A stretch of 64,000 bases of DNA from Dicyema japonicum (taxonomy: Eukaryota; Animalia; Dicyemida). The translations under genes and the position numbers were made by a program. The stretch's first letter is position 1, and every line of letters begins with the position of its first letter. The notes beneath the pieces are model-generated. The model had not been told where the DNA came from. It ran no database searches and was given only the letters and a program-made list of their open reading frames with translations. Shown here one piece after another: positions 37,768 through 50,789 of this stretch. Where the stretch lies: contig RDEW01000018.1 of assembly GCA_011109175.1 (NCBI GenBank), forward strand, positions 312,887 to 376,886, given 5' to 3'.

Positions 37768-38590
37768 CAGAGGTTTTCAGAAAATGATTCCCGCGGCAAA
37801 CTAGTCGTAAAAAAATTAATCCACGGCACACATTAAAAATAAAAAATAAATTTTTTTGCGGATACGTAAAAGTGAGGACAAAAATTGGTAATTTAATGAG
37901 CAAATTTTTATTAATTTTAGACAAATCGTATATATGCCAACAAATGTGCAATTCCGAAATGTCTATAGATTCATCAAGTTGTAATGAAAAACGAGTTTCC
38001 CTAATAGAAAATAAGACATTGTTTTCAATATTCTCCGACAAAGAACAATTCTGACGAGAAACAGTGTTATCTGACAAAGGTATCTTCATTATATATGACC
38101 AAACATAGTCCGAGCAATGATACGACAAGCAGTGATTATCAAGTTTTCACCAATGGTATGAGGTTTCAGTTGCTTTGCTATTAAATCAGAAATCAGATAT
38201 GAACAATTCAATAATTCCGTTGAGTTCACAAAAATATCACTAAACAACATTTGACTGGATCTACAATACATAGTAAAAACTAAATAATACTTGTGTTGTT
38301 TTTTCAAATGCATAAAATAATCTACAGATTTTTTGGAATAGTCCGGATGCTTGGAAGTAAAATGTCTATTTAGTTTTCTAGGAACCATAGCATCATTTGC
38401 CAAAACGTCCATNTAACATTTGACTGGATCTACAATACATAGTAAAAACTAAATAATACTTGTGTTGTTTTTTCAAATGCATAAAATAATCCACAGATTT
38501 TTTGGAATAGTCCGGATGCATGGAAGTAAAATGTCTATTTAGTTTTCTAAGAACCATAGCATCATTTGCCAAAACGTCCATACAAATCTG
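37768..38590 (-). mobile_element. hAT Buster/Charlie-type transposon fragment with 8-bp TSD
   Basis: KLNRHFTSKH, IAKQLKPHTIGENLI, IPLSDNTVSR and FSLQLDES motifs; terminus CAGAGGTTTTC at 37768; GTCTAGGA at both 37760-37767 and 38591-38598. Confidence 0.88.
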
Positions 38591-38849
38591 GTCTAGGAGT
38601 TAATTTTTTGGTATATCCTAGATTTTCAGGGTATCAAGTGTAGTAGAACCCTAGATTTTTAAGGGTATCAACTGAAATGACTAAAAGAAATACAAAATCG
38701 GCACCCATAATTAAATTTCAATAGAAATATTATCTAGGATTTAATAATTTATAGATCATTCAAATTCTTTATCATAAAATTTCAAAACTGAGATTCATAA
38801 GCATTTTTAGTTAATTTGAGCATTGTCCTTTTAGCAATTTACTTATTGG

Positions 38850-40060
38850 CCCACCGAGTTATATGGAAAGACATGCATTTTCAGAACTTATTACAGATGA
38901 ACATAGTGCATTTCCTGACTCTTGACAGACCTGGAAGAATCCTTATCCTGTTCCTAGAAGTAATGATAACATCATCCGCATAGATCAAAAGTAATGTTTG
39001 TTGGGCGACATCGTCAATTGCGTGACATTGTGAAGGAAAAAATTATATAATTAAGGAAAGAGGAAAGCCCTGTAGAACTTTATTTGAAAGCATTCGTGAT
39101 CTCGACCTGATGTTCGCCAGGCATACACTTTCACGCCGTTCAGATAGGAATTTTTACAAACAAAGATTAAGGTTCTGGTAGATGTTGGAGTCAAAGATTT
39201 TTTTAAGGTGAATCCTTGAGACCGATTCGAACGGCTTATGGATATCGATAAAAATCAACATCGTCGGCATATGAATGAAGCCTTGGGGATTGAAGTGCCC
39301 ATAATAAACTACGATATAGTTGTCAAGTGCGTTCTGGTAGATCCACCAATTCTAAAGCCATGCTGAAAATGGAACCGACTAATCAGGAATAATCATCATA
39401 AGAACTAACTTCTCTAACACCTTGAGGAAGTGCAAGTCAGTGAATTGTATTGTCCAGGTTTTGGAGTGATGGTAATGATTGAATTTTTCTAAATTTTGGG
39501 GAGGGCGTGCGCATTAATAGAGACGTTGATATGTCCGTAAGTATCAGCCTCGCCTGGGTAGTCAAGTGCTTTAGGTGACATGAAGATACTTCAATGTCGA
39601 CATTCATGAGGATAAGTCGAGCTGCAATTGAGAGCGATAACTCAATAGAGAACTGCTCCAATGTTCCGTCGTCCTCACACAAACTCGGGACACAATGAGA
39701 AAAATAGGAATCTTGCAATCGTTGTAGGCATCCTACTAGAGCCACTGTCCAAAATCTTGCTGACTACCAAATAGCCTAGGAAAAAAGGAGTGGGGATTGA
39801 TTAAGTAAACTTTGTTTCTTGGATTATCACGATGCCCACTTTGTGACACGTCAGCATGCAAATCTAAAAATTTGCTTATAATCTCACTTATGTTCAACTG
39901 GAGAATGACAGGGAGGAAGATAGAAGATGGTTATGTTCTAAATCCTCAGAAAATATTCAGCACACCAATGAGAAGGGAAGCTACTCCATGCAACAATGTG
40001 ACAGGGTGGGGCGTAAATAATTGTTTTTTTCATCCAAAGGGTGGATAAATATGGAAACGC
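38850..40060 (-). mobile_element. Internally deleted, decayed Ingi/Vingi-like LINE
   Basis: QLNI..IQETK and LCEDDGTLEQFSIEL (APE); IDIHKPFESV and YADDVII (RT); remnant of the head motif ttgcatggagtag near 39990. Confidence 0.65.
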
Positions 40061-40214
40061 TTCACACAACACTAACACGTAAATTATTTATTTATTAAAA
40101 AAATTTGATTAACCATCAACTCAGTTTTTATATTATTATTATTAATAAGCCAAAAATCAAACTAATTAAAAAAATAATAATAAGAGCTTGAAAAAGACAG
40201 TATTTGAATTTTAG

Positions 40215-42985
40215 CGTGGCATAATGCGGTTCACCTGTTGTTGTGGTGGCGCTCAGTGCAAGTTTTGCATGGAATAGAACCGTTCGACTTTCCCTACCTT
40301 TTTGCGATTTTCAGAAGGGTGGCCTACCAACTCCCTCGTTTTCTTTTTACTACTTCTGTCTGGTGATGTAGAACCTAATCCGGGACCCAACTGCACTCTG
40401 ACTATTCTACAATTAAATGTATATGGAATCCGCAATAAAGTGTTGGAACTACGATCCCTATTATCCCATTTGAGAGTTGACATAGCTTTCATCCAAGAAT
40501 CGAAGCTCTCTATAAAGTTCCCAACATCTTGTTTTCCTGGATATTGTGTACTTTGCATTGACCGAACAAGAAGTCTCGGAGGAGGATTATCGACTATCGT
40601 TAATCACTTTTTCTGTATTTTCTCTCTGCGAAGGAGATCTTATTCTGGAACAGATTTCTATTGAAGTTTTCGTTTCTTCGACGAGATGTTTTACATTGTG
40701 TAATGTCTATATCCCGCCTCAGGGGTCATGTACTACTTCCTACACCCACAACCTATTGAGACTGTGTGGATTAAAGGATCTGCTATTATGCGGAGACCTA
40801 AATGCCAAACATCCACTTTGGCTCCGGAAACAATCAGCCGACAGTCGCGGCGAGTACATCCTATCCATACTTAATAATTTGACTATTTTCAATGACCCGG
40901 ACGCTCACACAAGGACCCCATCCCGAAGAAGCGACAGTCCAACATCCCGGACCTGTCCCTCTGCTCTCCTTCTATAGCTGGATGTATTTCATGGAATGTT
41001 CGTTATGGTTTCTCAAGCGACCATAACCCCATTGTGTTGAGACTTAGAAGGCTTATTTGTTCACCGTGTTGTTCTACAAAGTTCAAAATTCTGAAAGCTG
41101 ACGAACTATTTATACCTGTCGCCTCTTACAAGAAGTTCAATCCAAGATTATCATCTTAAATTGTGTCACTCATCAAGAAACGAGAATCGTTGACGAGGAA
41201 AAGAACACAGACCAATAACTCCTTCTACTACATACGTTCACTGAATACCAAATTATTTGAGCTTATCCGAACTAATAACATACTCAAATGGAGCTGCTTA
41301 TTTGAACGACTATATCACAAAAACTTTTGTGCCACATTTTGGAAAACGCTAAGAAAGATCAATAGCCTTTTCAATGAGGAGGACCGCAGAACTGAGGTCG
41401 TTACCCGCACGCAAACTTTCAAACAAGATTATGAAGTACTACGTATCGATCAGCTACAAAAATTTTTCTCGTTTACGCTTGTTGAACGGCGCTGGCCACA
41501 ACAAGAAGCATATTCCACCTTCTTCACCCCCGATGATGTTGACAAGGCTATTAAATTGCTGCGTCCTACTCGTGCTTGTGGTCCCGACGGTATTTGCACT
41601 ATTCACCTCAAACACCTTGGATCTCACGCACGGGCCATACTATCAAGACTGTACAACGGCCTTATCAACTATCATACGCTACCTAATGGATGGAAAAACT
41701 CCCTGATTACGTCAATTCCCTCTTCTTACCGCCCCATCTCAATAACTTGTGCTTTATCAAAAGTACTGGAAAAGCTTGTGTTAATACGCATCTCTCCTGT
41801 TCTACATCTATTAGAGTTTCAACATGGTTTCAGAGCAGACCGTTCTACAACGACTCACTTGGGTTCTATCTCCCAGCTTATTACCGACGGCTTCAGCATG
41901 AGAACACATTCATGGACGGCCTTAGTATCCATTGATATACAGAAGGCCTTTGATTCTGTCCCGAGGAAACTCCAAATGCAAAAGATTTTTAATTCCAATT
42001 TACATCCGAACATCAAGCTATGGCTGGAAAATTTCTTAACTGGGAAGGGTCCGGATTGACAAAACCTTTTCAAAATAAAGACTACTCCCCAATGGGGTCC
42101 CGCAAGGCTCCCTTCTGTCTCCTCTTTTATTTAACTTATTTCTACACGATTTACCTACTACCAATGATCAGGACACTATGTTTTTATCTTATGCATACGA
42201 CTTGATTATCGCTGAAAGGGACAAATCTTCCTCCAGGGCTGTGGTTCAGTCAAATCTAAACCGAATATGTGACTGGCTATCTGCAAACATATTATGTGTG
42301 TGTCAGCATCTAAATCCCAGTTCACCATTTTTACTACTGATAGAAGATTAAAGGATGGACTCGAACTGTTTTTTGGAGATACTTTATATCCCTTCTACGC
42401 GGACCCAGAAGATCCTTGTGGTAGTTTTCGACTCTCTGATGACGTTCTCGAGTCACGTGGAGAAGGTCCTTGTTAAGGGTCTTCGGAAATGGAACATTTA
42501 AAAGCGATCATAAAGAAGAGCCCTTTTCCCCTGCTGCTTGCGTCAACAAGGTCTACCAACAAGTCATCGTTCCTACCATAGAATATGCATGTTCCGCCAG
42601 AAGATTTGCGATTCCCTCTTCGAGTGTGGATTATTTGAACTCCCTCAGACGGATACTTATGCACCACATGGACATCCCCATTGGCGGCCTCGTTTCTGAT
42701 GAGGCGACGTTGAAGAATGGCCAGGGTTTCCTACGTTTCTGCAAGGAACTGGGTAACCCACTCAAGGAAAAGGTGGCCCATGCAAAGAAATTTCGGCCGG
42801 TTATAAAAAAAAGTGCACGCCGATTGAATTCCTTTGCAGAACAAAGAGAAGGCGTTTCCGGAATGCGGTTGGGTCATCAGAAGACCACATGAAGAGAGTT
42901 CGTATGTTGTTGGAGGCTGGGATCACCTAATTAGTTAGTTTTGACTCATCTTTCTTGGTGTTCTTGGAGTTAAATAAATAAAAAG
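40215..42985 (+). mobile_element. Full-length (~2.8 kb) Ingi/Vingi-like LINE: structured head, 2A, APE, RT, no RNase H, frameshifted
   Basis: APE motifs LQLNVYG, IQESKL, NVYIPP, GDLNAKH and SDH; RT motifs YRPISIT, QHGFR, IDIQKAFD and YAYD-like; conserved 3' tail then AAAT repeats. No ORF1 is present. Confidence 0.9.
40362..40388 (+). other. 2A (StopGo) ribosome-skipping motif GDVEPNPGP
   Basis: Exact D(V/I)ExNPGP consensus after a hydrophobic stretch (FFLLLLSG), in frame with the APE domain. Confidence 0.9.
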
Positions 42986-42999
42986 ACAGCTTAGAGAAC

Positions 43000-43410
43000 A
43001 AACTGGTGGCCTAGCTACGATTTATGAACAATTTTTCCGACCAACTATGACGTATGCAAGTTTTTCATGGGCAATGCAGATTTCACGATCCTTTTCATTG
43101 AAACTATGCGCAATCGAGGAGACTGTAATAAGGTTAATTGGACCAAAACACAAAATCCAGGTCGTGGAAAATTTCTCAATCCAATTAAAACGGAAACTCT
43201 TAAAGGAGGATATTTCACCGAGCTTCCCTCTATTCCATACATATCGAAATATCTACAATCATACAGAAATTTTGAGCCGATGTTATGTCCAATGAGAAGA
43301 GCTACTCAGGATTCTCGTCCTTTCCTTTGTCGGTCTAGGATCACTTAGTTAGATGAGAACTTTTATTTTTTTCTCTTTGACCCAGTGATCCTGGGGTAAT
43401 AATGAAATAA
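43000..43410 (+). mobile_element. Ingi/Vingi-like LINE 3' fragment (subfamily b)
   Basis: Close paralogue of 8611-9070. Confidence 0.8.
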
Positions 43411-43416
43411 ACGTGN

Positions 43417-43500
43417 ATGCCGAACCTCCATTTTTGAGGAAACCTCTGTTTTTGGGGCATTTTTTTTAAATAGGTGCCCCAAATAGAGGTAATACTGTAT
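43417..43500. mobile_element. Isolated pogo/Tigger-type terminal sequence
   Basis: Ends ...gaggtaatactg|ta like the other pogo ends; begins at an N junction. Confidence 0.4.
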
Positions 43501-43649
43501 TAATGAACTGAATAATAATTTTATTAAAGAAAATCGACACATTCACTTCAAATAAGATGATTCGACTTCTTCAAAAGACCTTAGAAAATTAAAATTCTAA
43601 AAAGAGTTAAAAAGGAGATTCACATCAAAATAAGATGATTCGACCTCTT

Positions 43650-45270
43650 CAAGAGATCGGTCTCTTAGAAAATTAACAATTCTAAAAAGAGTTAAAAAAG
43701 TGATTCACATAAAAATCGCATTGACTGAAGCTGGGATTTTCAATATTCCATCACATATTAGATTTTTATTTACATTGATTTTGCCATATTGTAATATATC
43801 AAATCCTCTACAGCTATGGGAGAAGCATAAAGAAATAATATGTGAAGATATATTATACAGGGACACAAAATCAGGTTTTGCAGAGGAAAATTTTAATGAA
43901 GAATAACTAATCATTAATAGATTACTTGAATCAGTGATTGGGAAAAATCTTAATGAGTGCGGGTTTACCGTTAACAGTCAAAATTCTGCGAATAATTTAG
44001 AATGTGAAAATATAACTTAGAAGAACTAAATCAAATAATAGAAAACAGGGAACCGAATTTATTGGAACGTCAATCAAAAATCTATACTGAAATAAACAGA
44101 AATATTGAAGAGAATGATGGTAAGATATATTTTATAGATGCACCAGGAGGTACAGGTAAGACATATTTGTTAAATCTATTGTTAGCAAAGGCTAGATGCA
44201 ATCATAAAATAGCCATAGCAGTTGCATCTACAGGTATTGGGGCTACGCTTTTAGATGGTGGTCGAACATCGCATTCAATGTTCAAACTACCATTTAATCT
44301 AGCAAGAGATATGAACCCAGTTTGCAACATTAAAGGAAATTCACTTATTGGGAAAATTATACGTGATTGCAATCTAATAGTATGGGTACAACTTCCTGAA
44401 GAATTGTGTATAAATGTACACAGTTCAGAAAATTTATTGACTTTTGTGTATCTAGATCTACAGGAAAACTACACGTGTTTCGACTGGCTTCGGAAAAGAG
44501 CTATACTAGCAACACTAAATGATGAAGTACAAAATATTAACTTAGACTTACTTATAAAATTACCCGGGTTGGAACGTATTTATAAATCTGTTGATGTAAT
44601 TATGGATCAAGAATCAGCATGTGAATATCCTGTAGAATTTCTAAATTTTTTAGAACCGTCAGGGATGCCTCATCATACCTAAAATTAAAAGCATTTGTTC
44701 CACTACGAAATCTAGAATCTCCCAGGTTATGTAATGGTACAAGATTGGTAGTAAAAAAATTGATGTCTAATATTGTAGAAGCAACGATATTAACGGGGCG
44801 AAATAAATGAAAAGACGTTTATATTACAAGAATTCCAATAATTTCAGATGAATTACCATTTAGATTTGAGACTACAATTTCGATTGAAATTGAGTTTCGC
44901 AATGACAATCATCAAATCACAGAGACAAACTCTTAATGTAGTAGGTTTATCTTTAGCAAGTGAATGTTTTGCACATGGACAGTTATATGTAGGTTGTTCT
45001 AGAGTAGGTGAACGAGAAAACCTACTCATATACACAAAAGACGGTCGTACAAGCAATGTTGTATATCAACAAGCATTACAATAAAATAATTGATAATTTT
45101 TACTATAACAATCAGTTTTTTTTAAATAAAAAGTTTAATTCGTTAAATATAATTCACTAAGGAAAAAACTGATCTCCGCAAGAGCGAAATGGGAGTGAAC
45201 TCCAAAGGTGTTGACGACAGCTGTCCGCAGGACCTAGCTCGCTGTGAGCGAAGCGAGCTGCCGAGCTAGT
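43650..45270 (+). mobile_element. Helitron 3' part with PIF1-like helicase
   Basis: DAPGGTGKT, AVASTGIGATLLDGGRTSHS, SFAMTIIKSQRQTL and FAHGQLYVGCSRV; hairpin AGCTCGCT/AGCGAGCT then CTAG|T at 45266-45270. Confidence 0.92.
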
Positions 45271-45883
45271 AATAAATAATAATAATAAACAATAATGTAT
45301 GTATCCAAAAAAAGTAATAGATAAATAATCTTTTAATTTAATAAGTTATTATTATTTGAAACCAAAGGAGTTCAACATGCCTAGATATTTTCTGCTAAAT
45401 TACACATCCTCATGATAGGGGGTCGATATGAACAAATAGAGTAAAAGGATGAAACAACAAATTCTAATTGAGAGATTCCTCTTCAGTTGATCTCTGTTGA
45501 GACGTTCAACTGCTTGATCAAGCAATGTGGATTTTGGTGAAACGATTGAGCATTAGGATTACTATATGAGAACCTTGAACAGCACAATTGCTGATCTTTG
45601 CGATCATGAGACACTCAAGGCGTCATGATGGCCTGCAAGTCTTAGTCCTCCGAAGATTATTTATTAATATAATTGAATATAAATCCTGAATGTCGCTTGA
45701 TGCGTCTGTAACTCTCTACGTGTCCAGTTATAAATTTCTGAATAATGGACACAAAATATACTTTTCAACACAATATAGGTCTGCTTTATGAGTACGATCA
45801 GCCAAATCAATCCCAATGGCCGATTTCTACTTGTTCAGGAAAATGGTAAAATATTAGCAAAATTGTTGCTAGGCAACCGTGTA

Positions 45884-48800
45884 ATGTTATCTTTGCCTCC
45901 AAATGTCAGTGGAAAAACGAAAGGATACTTGTACATAAAAATCCAGCTGCTGAACTTTCCTACGCGACTTCCCCGGCTGCGACTTCGATGGTGGGGAGAC
46001 ATAAGCGGCGGAGTGATGCTGAGGTTGCCGATTTAAACTTATGAAATAGACCCGGTAAAGGAAAGGTTTATTCTGCTCTCTTAGACGTCAAATTTTCGAT
46101 GTTACAGTTCTCCTGCTACCTCTGTGACATGATCCCTTTGAAGGTGGGGATGATTGATGAGAATCTGCTGGCGAATGGATTCTCCCAGTTGCTTGATTTA
46201 GGAAAACTATCCAAAATGAGTCCGATCCACAGGTTTGTTATGTTTCCTCGATTTCAGTGATTACACGATTGAATCAGTGGCTGAGCACAGTCTGGGTCAG
46301 TTGAAAGCCAGTATTTGGCTTGAGGATGTAGGAGACCGCCCCATTTCAGTCTCTTCTCTCTCCACGACCGACTTACCTAAGGTATGCTCTCCAGAAGCTC
46401 ACAAAATGGACCCCGTCCTTCTCAAAGATGATTCATCTTTCCGGTCTCTCGCAGTAAGAAACTCCTTTAAGTCCACAGAACTGTTCTGAGGCCGAATCCA
46501 TTGCCAAAAAGTCAACCCTTCGACCTAAAAAATCGACCACGTGTGCCAAGACAAGCAAAGAAATTAAAAAACGGGAAAATAATCCAAATTTGATCACAAC
46601 GTTGCTTAAGAAAACCGAATCCCTCATAAAAGAAGCTGAAAAAGAACCATTTCGAAACACGTGGCGCGACCGAGAGCAGGGTCCTCAACTAAAGGTCGAG
46701 ACAATCAGCTCAAAAATACATAATCTACTTCTCGATCACATAAATAATGATTTTTCAGACGACGAGGTAATTTTTTGCTGAATTTCAGATTCCGGTCGCG
46801 GATAATCTTTTCACAACTAGATACAGCGACTCATCCTCTTCTGAAGACCTCCCGTCCTACGTAGAGCCGGAATCTGTGTCACCAAAGACATTTTTGATAG
46901 TATTTAAGCAAATCAAGCTCATTTTGAACAATGCACGTATGTTCCTTGAGTTAACGTTAAAAAAAGGCTCATTTGTTACCGCCGGAAAGCCTCCTCTGCA
47001 GGAATCTCAGTTTTCTTTGCTAATTCGGTTCCTAAACGGCACTAACTCTTATAAATCGGATATAGCTCTCAATTCGGGAGTTCAAGATGGCTTGGGGACT
47101 GATTTTGTGGTCCCCGACCCATTTAATGTATCTGTCGGTAAGCAAACGGCGGAAATCATCTTCTTGTTGTACTACAAGATCATCAACACGACCAGGGTCT
47201 CTTTAATTGTGTTATTCTAGAAAAAATCAATCGGTATGGCCAGTCTCTGTCTTCCTTGGGATTCACCGCGGTCTTTCAGGACAAAATTAACGGTAACAAA
47301 ATCGCAAGAAGATCATAGACCTTTGGGACAACTTCAGGTAATATAATTCCGCATTTTAGCTGGAAATCGCGGTCGTGGAATACGTGAAAGAAAAACCGGT
47401 GATTGCCCCTATTCTTCAGCCAAAACTCACCCCAATCGTAGCGAGTGATGTTCCCACTGATCTCCCACCGATTTTTACTCTCTTAATGATTTTGGAAGGC
47501 TCAAACATTGGAATTTCAACAACAAGGGAAAATCCTGGTTATTGCCGTAAAATTACGCCAGATCCGCGATCAAAAATCAAAAATCCGTATTTGGTCTCCA
47601 AAATGTTTTGGCTCAGAGATGTTATGAAGTCGGAAGTTTTTTTTGGTACAACAAACCCCAAGTTCTCGTTTTGTCAGGTAAAGTTCCCGTTAACAAGTGC
47701 AAGGTGGGTCCCTTAGTCACTTCTGCCCAAAGCTTAGAGAAAATGCAGAACAACCACCTCGTCGTTGAAGTCTGGGACAGAAAAACCTTTGAAAGTGAGG
47801 ACCAGGTAATCTCAACTCTTCAATTTAGCTGATTGGATTGGTCAAGGTTCCTCTCCACGGCATATCCACCGCGCTTCTAAACACATCTCCGAAATTTTGG
47901 GAGTCTGTATGCTTTCTAACATATTCAAAGGATCTGCAGACTGTTCTAGATCAATGGATGCCTATTCGAAATCCTCTTCTTGGGACACACTTGGGGTTAC
48001 TTTCCGTGTTTTTTGCCGTTGGCACCAAAAACAACGTCGACAAGATTATAAATGACACGGTTCTACCTAAAATTAAATCAAATGTGGAGGAAAAGCCCTA
48101 TCCTCCACAAAACGAGACCTTCCCCTCAGTTAAACCGAAAATAAGTTGAATTCTATAAAAATTGTTTTACTAGGCTCAGAACAGCTGATAAAGCATTCCA
48201 CATGCGTGAAGATACACAGTTTAGAAAACGTTGACTTTCTCTCAGAAAACGCGGATATTTTCGTTCAATATTATTTCCCACAGAAAATTCATGAAAATGG
48301 GGGTAGCTTAAATTATAATATTTAGTGGAGTTGGCTTCTTTTAGGACGAGTTATCGAACAATGGAGTCCCTTAATGACTTCAACGATTCCCATATACACA
48401 CGATCTGCCTCCCCACGTGTGTCTCGTATACTAGAGAGCTGCTTAAAGGTTGAATGTTAGCGGATTTTTTAAGCTTTTGAAGGAAATGACGGTCTTCGAC
48501 TAGAGATTTGGGTTAGAAATTATGTTCCTGCAATTAGAGACCGCCTCGTGGCTACAGTTAGCTATAAGACTATATAAACTAGGCTTATCTGGAATTGTGC
48601 AAACTAATAGCAATTTCGGCAACTTTTAATGAGACTGGGATGACTTNATTCGACTGGATGTGTTTCATTCCGCAGACGAAAGTCACTCGCAAAGCATTGG
48701 AAGTGTCCACGTGGACCTGAAGCCACTTTTAGTTGGGATGCCAGAACTCTACGGGTGGTACAACGTCGTGGACTCTCTCAGAAACCCCCGAGGACAAATT

Positions 48801-50569
48801 AAGGTAGAAACAGTAGATTGAAGTGTAGTTGGCAATAGTTCCCTTATATTTTCCCGTTAATGAACAGTCGGCCTCATATCCAGCCAATAATGACCACGTG
48901 ACTAATTGGCCCCACCCTCAGATGCCCTCAAGTGAGTTATCATCCCATTCTTCATATATGAAGGAACATGATAATATAATTTCTCTACCAGAAGTAAGTA
49001 ACACGTGTGATACAATTGATGACTCAACCATCGAACTTTCATCGATGGTATATTCTTACCTGGACGACCACAACTCCATTTATAGCCAAGAAATTGCTTC
49101 TGTTGACTCTGATCAGTTAACCTACAAGGAAGCAACCCATTTAAACATTGAAAATCTCGGACCTGCGCCGGAAAGTGGCCTCTTCCCGGAAATTGAAACT
49201 ATGAAATATGCTGATTCCTACTTTGATCTTCCAGACTCTCAGATTGAGGATTATGTGGTGACTGAAGAGATTGATGTGAGGCAGAATGACTTGATTCCAA
49301 ATTTGATCCTTGAAGAATCTGCCTCGGAACAGTTCGATGGAATAAAATCTGATAATCTAAATGTACTCGATCCATTAAATCCCAACAATTGTGGAAAAGA
49401 AGACAATCTCCCAACTCCGATAAAAAATGAGCCACCAACTGAAATTAAAGCCACGAAATCGATTGAAAAACCCAAAGTATTAGAAAGCTCTGAATTTCTT
49501 GAATCGATTGAAAAACCCAAAGTATTAGAAAGCTCTGAATTTCTTGAATCGACTGAGAATCTCAAAATATTAGAAAATTCAGCGGAACTCGATAATCCCA
49601 GTGAAACCGAACTTCTAAAATCCGCTGAAATTATTAAAGTGTTAAAAACCGATAAATCTGAAGCGGGTGAAACTGTCTTAACCAAATCTACTGAGAATGC
49701 GGAAGTGTCAGAAGCCAATAATCTCAAAATAAATTCAAGCAATTCAGCTAAATTCGATGAAATTTGTGAATATAATTCCGTCAAATTACTCGATAAATCA
49801 AATAAAGTCGATTCTATTGAATCTGATGAAAACTCTCAGAATCAATTCCAGAACAATTTCGACGATTTCACAGATTATAAGACGGCTGAGTCAGATATTA
49901 AACCACGTAGTAATACTGTCACGTATCCACTCAAGGATGTGAATGATGGAGGATCCCAGAATGAAATGTCTTCAAATACCAATGAAAGCAGTGATCAGAG
50001 AGAATCAGACTCTTATACTGTTGTTGAAGAATGTGATGAGCAGAAGGATTTTTCTGATGAGGACATTCCCTTCTCAACTGAAGAAGACGAGAGTATTAAT
50101 GCAGAAAATAATACAGGCTGGACCTGTAAGAGATCGTCTAATGCAGAACCTGAGGATCAGGGGCCAGCATTAGGGAGGGAAAGATTTACTGGTCTCATGG
50201 AAACTGATGAATCGGATTCTTGNAAATACCAATGAAAGCAGTGATCAGAGAGAATCAGACTCTTATACTGTTGTTGAAGAATGTGATGAGCAGAAGGATT
50301 TTTCTGATGAGGACATTCCCTTCTCAACTGAAGAAGACGAGAGTATTAATGCAGAAAATGATACAGGTTGGATTTGTAAGAGATCGGCTAATGCGGAAGC
50401 TGAGGATCAGGGACCAGCATTAGGGAGGGAAAGATTTACTGGTCTCATGGAAACTGATGAATCGGATTCTTGTGATGACAAAAAATTCAGATTTTTTATG
50501 CCAGCTTCTGAAATGGCAAAATCAATGAAATCAATCATGGAAAGAATTTCAGGATCATCTGAGGTTTGA
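45884..50569 (+). CDS. C2CD3: C2 domain-containing protein 3 (distal centriole, ciliogenesis), multi-exon
   Basis: N-terminal SLPPNVSG...LRWWGD; middle C2 TTNPKFSF...QNNHLVVEVWD..LIGLVKVPLH; last C2 IGSVHVDLKPLL..LYGWYNVVD..RGQIK|VAIVPL; long acidic final exon. The start may be at 45788. N junctions at 48647 and 50223. Confidence 0.88.
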
Positions 50570-50789
50570 GGATATCGAAATGTATTTTAGATCAAGGAGG
50601 CATCCAACTTTACTCCCGATATAAGTGAAAATAGGGACATTTATAGAATCAAAAAGATTTTTCATTCAAATAAATAATTGATGTTTTAATTTAAGACCAA
50701 CAAAGAATTAAAGATTGTGTTTCCCGCCAAAGTCAACGTAACCAACTCTAATTGATCATTATAACTGAGCTCCAAACATTCAGTTTAAA

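Noticed and set aside
50224-50470. True internal duplication in the C2CD3 protein
   Set aside because: It begins exactly at a single N and differs by a few SNPs, like the other haplotype-overlap junctions.
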